20,000 nt of DNA, taken from positions 54,950-74,949 of the forward strand of contig JBJMHS010000007.1 of the NCBI GenBank assembly GCA_045807245.1, given 5' to 3'. Made by a program: the position numbers and the translations under genes. This stretch comes from Actinomycetales bacterium (GTDB taxonomy: Bacteria > Actinomycetota > Actinomycetes > Actinomycetales > CAVURS01). Each line of letters opens with the position of its first letter. The stretch's first letter is position 1. Below are positions 8,865 to 15,772 of this stretch, piece after piece. The notes beneath the pieces are model-generated. The model did no database searches. It saw nothing but the letters and a program-made list of their open reading frames with translations, and was not told where the DNA came from.

Positions 8865-9227
8865 GTGGACGAGGTGGCGGCAGCGATCGCTGACCGGGTG
8901 CGGCGCGACATCGTCATGATGCTGCGCCACCAGCGTCTTCCCGCCGGGCAGATCGCCGACCGGTTCCCGATCAGCCGACCGGCCGTCAGCCGACATCTGC
9001 GGGTACTGCGGGAATGCGGTCTGGTCCGCCAAAGCCTCGTCGGCCGACAGCGTTTCTATGAGCTGGACGCCTCGCGGTTCGCGGGGCTGATCGAGTGGCT
9101 CGACCAGTTCAGCGTGGCCGCCGGCCTTCAACGTCGGCTGGATGCACTGGAGACCGAGGTCTATCGCACCCGCCGGGAGCGCCGAAGAGGCGGCGCCGTC
9201 GTCCCAGCAAAGGAGAAGACGGGTTGA
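8865..9227 (+). CDS. ArsR/SmtB family transcriptional regulator
   Basis: AIADRVRRDIV...ISRPAVSRHLRVLRECGLV...GRQRFYEL. Confidence 0.92.
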   Translation: MDEVAAAIADRVRRDIVMMLRHQRLPAGQIADRFPISRPAVSRHLRVLRECGLVRQSLVGRQRFYELDASRFAGLIEWLDQFSVAAGLQRRLDALETEVYRTRRERRRGGAVVPAKEKTG

Positions 9228-9724
9228 CCAAACCACCCAACGGCCGGTTGATCGAGAACGTCGAGGGCAACCGACTCGTCGTCAGCCGCACCTTTCACGC
9301 ACCGATAGAGGATGTCTGGGCCAGCGTGACCGAACCCGACCGCACCGCTCGATGGTTTGGCACCTGGCGAGGAGAGCCTGGCCCGGGCCGGATGATCGAG
9401 GTCCAGATGGGTTTCGAGGATCAGTCGCCCTGGCTCGAGAAGCGGATCGATGCCTGCGAACCGCCGAGGCGACTGGCCCTGTCCGACGAGTCCGGCGCCA
9501 TGCGGGTCGAGCTGCTGTTGTCGGAGAGCGATGGTGATACCGAGATTCTGCTGGTGCATCACCTCGACCCGTCCGACGACGTCAGCGCGTACGGCCCCGG
9601 GTGGGAGTACTACCTCGACATGCTCGTGGCAGCACGGGACGACCTGCCGACACCGAGCTTCGACGACTACTCGGCGATGAGGCGCTATTACGGGGCGCTG
9701 TCCACGCAGAACGACCGGTCGTGA
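9224..9724 (+). CDS. SRPBCC/AHSA1 (START-like) ligand-binding domain protein
   Basis: RTFHAPIEDVWASVTEPDRTARWFG, CEPPRRL, YGPGWEYYLDML. TTG start overlaps the ArsR stop (TTGA), with AGGAG at 9211-9215. Confidence 0.9.
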   Translation: MTKPPNGRLIENVEGNRLVVSRTFHAPIEDVWASVTEPDRTARWFGTWRGEPGPGRMIEVQMGFEDQSPWLEKRIDACEPPRRLALSDESGAMRVELLLSESDGDTEILLVHHLDPSDDVSAYGPGWEYYLDMLVAARDDLPTPSFDDYSAMRRYYGALSTQNDRS

Positions 9725-9897
9725 GTTCCGGGCCGAGGTCGAAGCGAGGCCGACGGCCCAACCAGAGGGTCGGCGCATGTCGAAACCTGAGTGACCTTCA
9801 GTGAGCCGCCTGCACTGGTCCGTAGTTCCGGGTGCTTACCCGTCCGTCGGGCCCTACGCTCCGTGTGCCGGGGATGCTGCGCGTTGGGGAGAGTGCG

Positions 9898-11775
9898 ATG
9901 CGACCGTGGACAGAACGCAGGACGCTCGTCGTCAGCCTGGCTGTGCTCCTCGGCGTTGCCAGTGGTGTCAGCCCTCGAGGGGCCAGTGCGACTGAGCTCG
10001 GGGCCTCGACGGCAGTGTCCGCAACCACCACACTGCGCGCGGCTGTCGTCGACCATCCTCGCGGTGCGCTCGAGTCAATCTCGTGTCCGTCGAGTGCCAT
10101 GTGCATGGCCGTCGACGGCTACGGCAACGCCGTCCGGCGGACCAACGGTGTCTGGGGTCGGCCGTCACCGATATCGACCGAGACGTTGTTGGGTGTGTCG
10201 TGCCCGACCACATCGTTCTGCGTGGCCATCGGTCTGACGTCCGTGGTGTCCTACGACGGGCTCACTTGGAGCGAGCCGCAGGTTCTGGACATGACGAGCA
10301 ACCCTCATCTGTACTCCGTGTCGTGCGCGTCAGCGACCAGGTGCATGGTGGCCAACGCCGACGGCTACGTCTGGCGCCTCACCGGTACAGCCTGGACGGG
10401 GCCGGTACGGGTCGACGTACGCATCGACTCCCTCGACTGCCCCAGCACCACCTTGTGCTTCGCCATCGACGCGTTGGGAGCGGTCGCTCGCTGGGACGGC
10501 ACGACGTGGCACGCCCCGACGCCAGTCCTCGACGCCGAACAGCAAGGGCTGGTGGTCGAAACCGTCTCTTGCGCGTCGACGACCTTCTGTGTCGCCATCT
10601 CCCCGGATCGCTCGGCCGTCTGGAATGGCGGTGCCTGGTCGGCCAGCTCGGCCGTCGTGACATACCCGGCGGACATGCTGCTGGCGCTGTCGTGCCCAGC
10701 GGTGTCGTGGTGTGCCGCCATGGACGTTCTGGGCCGCGTTTGGACGACGACGACCGGCAGGTCCTGGGCTGCGGGCCCGGGTGACGGGTTCTACCCCACG
10801 GGCCTCGGAACCGTCCTGACCCGCCGGCTCGAATGCGTCGCTAAGGCCTCATGTCTGGCCATGGGCATGCTCGACCTCAACTACGTCGGCCAGGACGTTC
10901 GAACCTTCAACGGCCAGAGTTGGTCAGCAGTCACCGTGGTCGATCCGTACGACGCCGGCGAACTGATCGATATCTCTTGTCCGACTACAACGTTCTGCGC
11001 AGTCGTGGACCAGCAGGGATACGCGGTCGTGTGGCAGGACGGCGTATGGCGCTATCCCAGGGCCCTTCAGGCCCAGGTCGAGAACGCTCAGCGTCCGCTC
11101 GATGTACAGGTCGAGTGTCCGGCCAAGGACAGCTGTGTCGCCGCGGACAACAGCGGCAACGCTTGGACCTACGACGGCACAACGTGGACGGCGACCGGCC
11201 ACATCGGCAGCGCACAAACCAGTCTCGAGGACCTGTCCTGCCCCACCATTTCCTTCTGCATGGCGTGGGGCGGCACCGGGATCGTGTCCACCTGGCACGG
11301 ATCAAGCTGGCAGCGGATGGCGAACACACCGACTGACATCGGCGCGACCACATGCGGCTCCTCCACGTACTGCCTGGGTTTCACCGCCGACGGTGTACGC
11401 ACCTGGAACGGCGCAACCTGGGGTGCCACGATCGCCCTACCAATCTCTACCTCTGGCAACCCGGTCAGCGACTGCGCCGGCCCAGGTGACTGCCTGGCGG
11501 TCGCCGTAAACCGTGCCACACAGCTCAACGGGACCCACTGGTCAGCATCCTTCGCCGTGCCGCCCGGCCGCGGACCCGCGATCTGCGTCGGATCGCAAAC
11601 GTGCTACTACCTCGCCGGCAGCTCACAGATATCGTTGATTGTCAGCGCCAAGATCATTCACAAGACCCCCGATGGTCTCGGCTTCAGCACCCTCGACTGC
11701 GTGAAACGCGGCTGGTGCGCAATTGGAGCGGTTGGCGGCACCGTCCTCGTCGGCGACCCGGCGGCTCTGGGGTAG
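9898..11775 (+). CDS. Secreted Cys-rich repeat protein, predicted tandem beta-propeller
   Basis: Signal-peptide-like N-terminus MRPWTERRTLVVSLAVLLGVASG. 14 repeats of about 40 aa with C-x5-C...G-x2-W. GGGGAG precedes the ATG at 9898. Confidence 0.85.
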   Translation: MRPWTERRTLVVSLAVLLGVASGVSPRGASATELGASTAVSATTTLRAAVVDHPRGALESISCPSSAMCMAVDGYGNAVRRTNGVWGRPSPISTETLLGVSCPTTSFCVAIGLTSVVSYDGLTWSEPQVLDMTSNPHLYSVSCASATRCMVANADGYVWRLTGTAWTGPVRVDVRIDSLDCPSTTLCFAIDALGAVARWDGTTWHAPTPVLDAEQQGLVVETVSCASTTFCVAISPDRSAVWNGGAWSASSAVVTYPADMLLALSCPAVSWCAAMDVLGRVWTTTTGRSWAAGPGDGFYPTGLGTVLTRRLECVAKASCLAMGMLDLNYVGQDVRTFNGQSWSAVTVVDPYDAGELIDISCPTTTFCAVVDQQGYAVVWQDGVWRYPRALQAQVENAQRPLDVQVECPAKDSCVAADNSGNAWTYDGTTWTATGHIGSAQTSLEDLSCPTISFCMAWGGTGIVSTWHGSSWQRMANTPTDIGATTCGSSTYCLGFTADGVRTWNGATWGATIALPISTSGNPVSDCAGPGDCLAVAVNRATQLNGTHWSASFAVPPGRGPAICVGSQTCYYLAGSSQISLIVSAKIIHKTPDGLGFSTLDCVKRGWCAIGAVGGTVLVGDPAALG

Positions 11776-11871
11776 TCCGCCGGTGGGCTGAGGCATTGGC
11801 GGCGAACGCACAGGTCGCGGCCGGTACGGCCCATCTTCGGAGCAAATAGCGGTGGCACGTTGATGTTGCGG

Positions 11872-12411
11872 TCAGGATCCGGAGCCTGTTTCCGACTCCG
11901 GCGATACGACGATCCAGGCGGCACCGTACGTCTTCGTCAGAATCGAGGCGGCGGCGCTGTCATATTTCGATAGCCAGATCTTCACCCGGTTAGTGCTGAC
12001 ATCGGGACCCCACATGGTCAACAACAGGCCCTTGGTGCGCCATGTCGGCTGGTCCTCATTCAGCTGCGCGGTCAGGCCTTGTAATGCCCTCCAGCTGTGC
12101 GTCACCGTTCTCGTCTGCACAGGGACGGTCTGGTTGGTCTGGGCGATCGCGGAACTGAGAGCAGGAGAGGCGCGACCGACGACATCGAACTCGATGCCTT
12201 GGGGCACGATCCTCATCCCGCCGTACGTGGGATCGTCGCCAAGTGCCGCCCCTAGCGGGCCGGCGACCAGTTGCGCCTTCGTGTTCAGCGCCTGGTTCTT
12301 GGTGTAGTCACCGGCGCCGCCCGGCACCGCAGAGCGTCCACAGCCAGCAACGCACACCGCCAGGCCCACCAGGCAGGCGATGAGGACGAGGACTCGCTGT
12401 CCGGCCCGCAT
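11872..12411 (-). CDS. Putative lipoprotein with an S1-protease-prodomain-like region
   Basis: MRAGQRVLVLIACLVGLAVCVAG|C lipobox. GGAG SD 9 nt before the ATG at 12411. TVTHSWRALQGL...WGPDVSTNRVKI pattern. Confidence 0.75.
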   Translation of the reverse strand: MRAGQRVLVLIACLVGLAVCVAGCGRSAVPGGAGDYTKNQALNTKAQLVAGPLGAALGDDPTYGGMRIVPQGIEFDVVGRASPALSSAIAQTNQTVPVQTRTVTHSWRALQGLTAQLNEDQPTWRTKGLLLTMWGPDVSTNRVKIWLSKYDSAAASILTKTYGAAWIVVSPESETGSGS

Positions 12412-12445
12412 GCCTAACGTCTCCAGGGGCACGCATCGAACGGGT

Positions 12446-14257
12446 TCATCTCGACGTTCGGAGCCTCCTTGATCGGGCACACGCTGCCGCTGGGAGCCTT
12501 GAGTTGGCTACCTGAAACCGCCCCTCGGGTCGCGCAGCCGCCGACCGCGATGAGTAAGAGTACGCCGAACACCATGCTCGAAACGGATACGAGGGCGCGG
12601 CGTTGGAAGGCGAAGAGATGCCCGCCCGGCGTGAGTGGTATCTCCGTACGGCGACGTAGTCCTGACCGCTGGTCGCGTCGACGTACGACGCCGAAGTCGT
12701 GATCCAGCGGGCCGACCAGTATCCCGAGCTGACCGCAGTGAAGGCACGGCTGAACCGGCCGCTCGCGTCGGAGGTGCTGGACCCCATGTAGTGGTACGTC
12801 GTGGAGCCGGAGGCGCGGAAGTAGTACCGGATGCTCTGGTGGGGTAGCCCGACCCAGGCCGCGTTGCCGGGCTGGCGCTCCGCGACACCGGTCACGGTGA
12901 TGGTGCGGCCCTTGACGGTGGGCTCCGGTGAGCCGTTGAGACTCACGATCGCCGTGTCTGTGCGGGTGCCGGCCATCACAGCCGTGATGTTCGGTTGGTA
13001 GTCCGTGTCGCCCAGATAGTGCAACCGGAAGTAGTAGTGCGGGTGGGCCACGGTGACGTTCGTGAGGAGGTGACCGGTGCTGTCCGTCGCGAGGGTTGCG
13101 GCTGTTGTCCAGCCGGTGGTGCCGTTGATCGACTGCTCGAGCAGCACAGTCCTGCCGGGCAGGTAATCGACGTCGGCTTCGGAGTACAGGTAGCTGTCGA
13201 TGTGGACGGTGCTGGTGAGGGAGACGGAGAAGTTGCGCCACGGGAGTTCGACGTAGGGACGGATATGCAACGGCACCGACTGACTAGCTGGGGCTACCAG
13301 CGGACCGGCGTCGAGCTCTTCGTCGGCTGTGATCGACGATCCGGGCACGCGCTGGGTGACCGAGAACGCGCCCTGCTCGTCCGTCCGCCCCTGAAGGACC
13401 ATGATGTAGACCGACACACCGGGCAGCGGTTGCCAGGCCCCGTTGACCTGGACCTCGGCGTGGCCGGTGACGGTGAAGTTGGCGCCGGCATCCAGGGTCG
13501 GGATGGTGTCGACGAAGAGCCGGCTTGGTGCCACAGCCGCCGGCACCGACGCGCTCCCGAAGCTCTCCACCTTGACCACGGACCCGTTGTTCACGCGAGC
13601 GCTGAGCGTCACCGGGATGGCGCCGTCGACGATGGTCTGCTGCGGCACATACGACGCGGTGAAGACTCCGGCATTGTCGGTGGTGACGTCGATGCCGTAG
13701 GCCTGTGCCGTCAGGCGCACGGCCTGCCCCGCCCAGGCGCTGGTGGAACCCGTGCGTGGGTCGATGCGGTCCAGCTGGCCGGTCGCGGTGATCTGCTGGT
13801 GGGTGTAGTCGACGGCGTCGGGCGTGATCGAGAGGTCGTGCGGCTGCGGGGCCGGCCAGTAGGTCAACGTCGTCGGGGCCGAGGTGGTCGTGTCCCCGTC
13901 GGTGTCGGTCGCTGTCACCGAGTAGGTGAAGTCGTCGTAGGCGCCGAGGTCGACCCGATCGCTTTCCCAGGTGCCGCTGGTGGCATCTCCGGAGACCAGG
14001 TGCAAGGTCGCGGTCTGGGGTGTTGCAGGCGAGAGATGTTCAGGAACCAGGGTTGCCACGACGTCGGTGAGTGCGCTGTCCGAGGAGACGTCCACGAGCA
14101 GGAGTCCGGGGTCGCCAACGGCCGTTGCTGGGACCGACACGGTGGGCGCTGTCCCGGGGTCCGCCATGGCGGGGGTGGGCAGGGTGACGACGACCGTGCC
14201 CGCAAGAGCGGCGACAAATGGGAGCAGACGACGGCGATAAGAGCGGGGATGACGCAC
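12446..14257 (-). CDS. Secreted multi-domain beta-sandwich (Ig-like) protein; the original end is probably near 12641
   Basis: Signal peptide MRHPRSYRRRLLPFVAALAG...PAMA|DP. Thr/Val/Gly-rich repeats (T.TG.L ... TD..G.F) and SPEPTVKGRTITVTG...GYWSA...DYVAVR. Confidence 0.85.
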   Translation of the reverse strand: MRHPRSYRRRLLPFVAALAGTVVVTLPTPAMADPGTAPTVSVPATAVGDPGLLLVDVSSDSALTDVVATLVPEHLSPATPQTATLHLVSGDATSGTWESDRVDLGAYDDFTYSVTATDTDGDTTTSAPTTLTYWPAPQPHDLSITPDAVDYTHQQITATGQLDRIDPRTGSTSAWAGQAVRLTAQAYGIDVTTDNAGVFTASYVPQQTIVDGAIPVTLSARVNNGSVVKVESFGSASVPAAVAPSRLFVDTIPTLDAGANFTVTGHAEVQVNGAWQPLPGVSVYIMVLQGRTDEQGAFSVTQRVPGSSITADEELDAGPLVAPASQSVPLHIRPYVELPWRNFSVSLTSTVHIDSYLYSEADVDYLPGRTVLLEQSINGTTGWTTAATLATDSTGHLLTNVTVAHPHYYFRLHYLGDTDYQPNITAVMAGTRTDTAIVSLNGSPEPTVKGRTITVTGVAERQPGNAAWVGLPHQSIRYYFRASGSTTYHYMGSSTSDASGRFSRAFTAVSSGYWSARWITTSASYVDATSGQDYVAVRRYHSRRAGISSPSNAAPSYPFRAWCSAYSYSSRSAAARPEGRFQVANSRLPAAACARSRRLRTSR

Positions 14258-14263
14258 CAGTGC

Positions 14264-14291
14264 CTATCGGCCCACACGGCAGGTGGACTTA
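14264..14291 (-). promoter_or_regulatory. Sigma-28 (FliA/WhiG)-type promoter, leaderless
   Basis: Minus strand TAAG-N16-GCCGATAG-N6-GTG start. Confidence 0.7.
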
Positions 14292-14429
14292 AGCGGCGAC
14301 CTCGGGATGGCGCAGGTCGGGGCCGAACTCTCTCGGCCGTGCCCAGCTGGCTGCTACTAGACGATTGGCGTAGGCCCGGTGCCGGGCCAGACTTGGTCCA
14401 GGTGCTCGGCGGAACGCTCGTTTCGCGGC

Positions 14430-14450
14430 TCCCCGCCAGTCCGGCGGGGA
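14430..14450 (-). terminator. GC-rich stem-loop downstream of the ATPase gene, possible terminator
   Basis: TCCCCGCC-AGTCC-GGCGGGGA, a perfect 8-bp stem about 30 nt past the stop. No U-tract. Confidence 0.4.
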
Positions 14451-14482
14451 CATCCATAACCGAACTCAGTGGATGCTGAAAG

Positions 14483-15664
14483 TCAGGATTGGCGCGCGAT
14501 GAAGTCGCTCATGCCCGGAACGGTAAATGCCAGCACACCGCGCTCGGGTGCGTAGACCAGACCCTTCTTGAGGAGTTCGTTTCTGGCTACAGAAAGATCA
14601 GACACGCGACGCTTGCCGGTCGCGGCTACCAGGTCGCCAATGGCCGCCGGGTCTTCGCCTCCAATATCACCAAGTGCTCTGAGAAGTTCCTTCTGCGCTG
14701 GCGTGGCTCGCTCCCAACGCGAGCGGTAGAGCCCTTCGTCCACCTCGCTTCTAGCCAGCTCGCCGCCCACCTCGACGTCTTCGAGCGCAATGGGGGACCT
14801 TCGCGCCACATCCCACACGTGCTTACCCACAGCCTGGAGGAAGTAGGGATACCCGCGTGCCACATCCAACGCCCTGTCCGCGGCGTCCTCATCCCAGGTC
14901 ACGCCAAGCTGCTGGCTGGGTCCAACCAGGGCCGCTCGGGCGGCGTCGGACCTCAGTAGACCGATCGGCCGGTAGTCATAGAGACGCTCTGCGTAGCTGG
15001 TGGCGTCTGCCAGCTGCGCAGGAAGGGATGGCAGGCCGGCTCCCACGAATGTGACTGGAAGCGGTTCCGCCTCTTGGCCGAGCGCGTGTACTGCGGTGTT
15101 CACCGCGGTGAGTTCTTCCGCGGACGCTTCCTGAAGCTCATCGACCAGAATCAGCGTCCCGATTCCGAGGTCGCGTGAGGTGTCGCCAAGAGCCTCGAAG
15201 AGCGCAGCGAGGTCGTCGGCGAACCGTCCAGAATCGGCGATGCCAGAGACGAGGTCCACATCAGCGCCAAGGGCGACAACGCCGGTGGTGGGGTTGAACT
15301 TAAGCGAGAACGCCTTGAACACGCCGAGAAGTCGCTTGAGTTTCGGCTCCGGATGACGACCTGTGGCGGTACGCATGCTCTTCACCAGGGCATGACTCAG
15401 GGCCATGGAGAGTGGTGTGCCGGCTGTGGCCTCCACCTTGGCGGTGATCCACCCCATCGAGGATGCCTGCGCCTGCATCTCGTTCAGCAGTACCGTCTTG
15501 CCGACGCCGCGAAGACCATTCAGAACCCAGCCACGGTCGCCCTCGCCGTATTCGGCAGCCTTACGTTGGATGACCGTAAAGGCGTCCAGGAGGGGCTCGC
15601 GGCCGGCGAGGACTGGCGGGCGCCGACCAGCCCCTGGGCGGTACGGGTTGGCCACGGGATCCAT
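14483..15664 (-). CDS. AAA_16/archaeal-type (STAND-like) P-loop ATPase with C-terminal winged helix
   Basis: NPYRPGAG..P..LAGRE, Walker A GLRGVGKT, Walker B ILVDELQ, GYPYFLQ (GxP), C-terminal RNELLKKGLVYAPERG. Confidence 0.9.
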   Translation of the reverse strand: MDPVANPYRPGAGRRPPVLAGREPLLDAFTVIQRKAAEYGEGDRGWVLNGLRGVGKTVLLNEMQAQASSMGWITAKVEATAGTPLSMALSHALVKSMRTATGRHPEPKLKRLLGVFKAFSLKFNPTTGVVALGADVDLVSGIADSGRFADDLAALFEALGDTSRDLGIGTLILVDELQEASAEELTAVNTAVHALGQEAEPLPVTFVGAGLPSLPAQLADATSYAERLYDYRPIGLLRSDAARAALVGPSQQLGVTWDEDAADRALDVARGYPYFLQAVGKHVWDVARRSPIALEDVEVGGELARSEVDEGLYRSRWERATPAQKELLRALGDIGGEDPAAIGDLVAATGKRRVSDLSVARNELLKKGLVYAPERGVLAFTVPGMSDFIARQS

Positions 15665-15714
15665 GTATCTGAATTTATCACGGCGTATATCACTTTCTAT
15701 TATACACCCTGATA
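15665..15714 (-). promoter_or_regulatory. AT-rich promoter of the ATPase gene with repeated GATA/GTGATA boxes
   Basis: TATAAT on the minus strand (15704-15699). On the plus strand: TATC at 15666, TATCAC at 15676 and 15688, and inverted TGATA at 15710. Confidence 0.65.
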
Positions 15715-15772
15715 GGGGGTTAGGCTCTCAACGCAGAGGCGGCGCGCCTCCGTCTAGGCCGTGTGACGTCGG

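Noticed and set aside
9724..9832. AGTTCCGGG repeated exactly 100 bp apart around a GCCGAC/GTCGGC hairpin, a possible target-site duplication
   Set aside because: No terminal inverted repeats or transposase, and a single 9-mer pair is compatible with chance.
11776..11871. Spacer with GTGGCACG and CAGGTC words reminiscent of integrative-element ends
   Set aside because: Single copies only, with no tRNA, integrase or partner att site in the window.
14225..14257. Twin-arginine (Tat) signal in SYRRRLL of the Ig-like protein
   Set aside because: Only a partial match to S/T-R-R-x-F-L. It cannot be distinguished from a Sec n-region by eye.
14415..14475. Possible hammerhead ribozyme (CTGA...hairpin...CGAAAC on the minus strand)
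   Set aside because: The core reads CUGAGUU rather than CUGANGA, and the stems do not fit the topology.
12995..14479. 494-aa plus-strand ORF and other long antisense ORFs (e.g. 1390-2661, 3428-4453, 17453-18808)
   Set aside because: Shadow ORFs opposite well-supported genes, expected at high GC. No recognisable motifs.
15736..15750. GAGGCG-GCG-CGCCTC hairpin after aglA as a terminator
   Set aside because: Only a 6-bp stem with a 3-nt loop and no U-tract, too weak to call.
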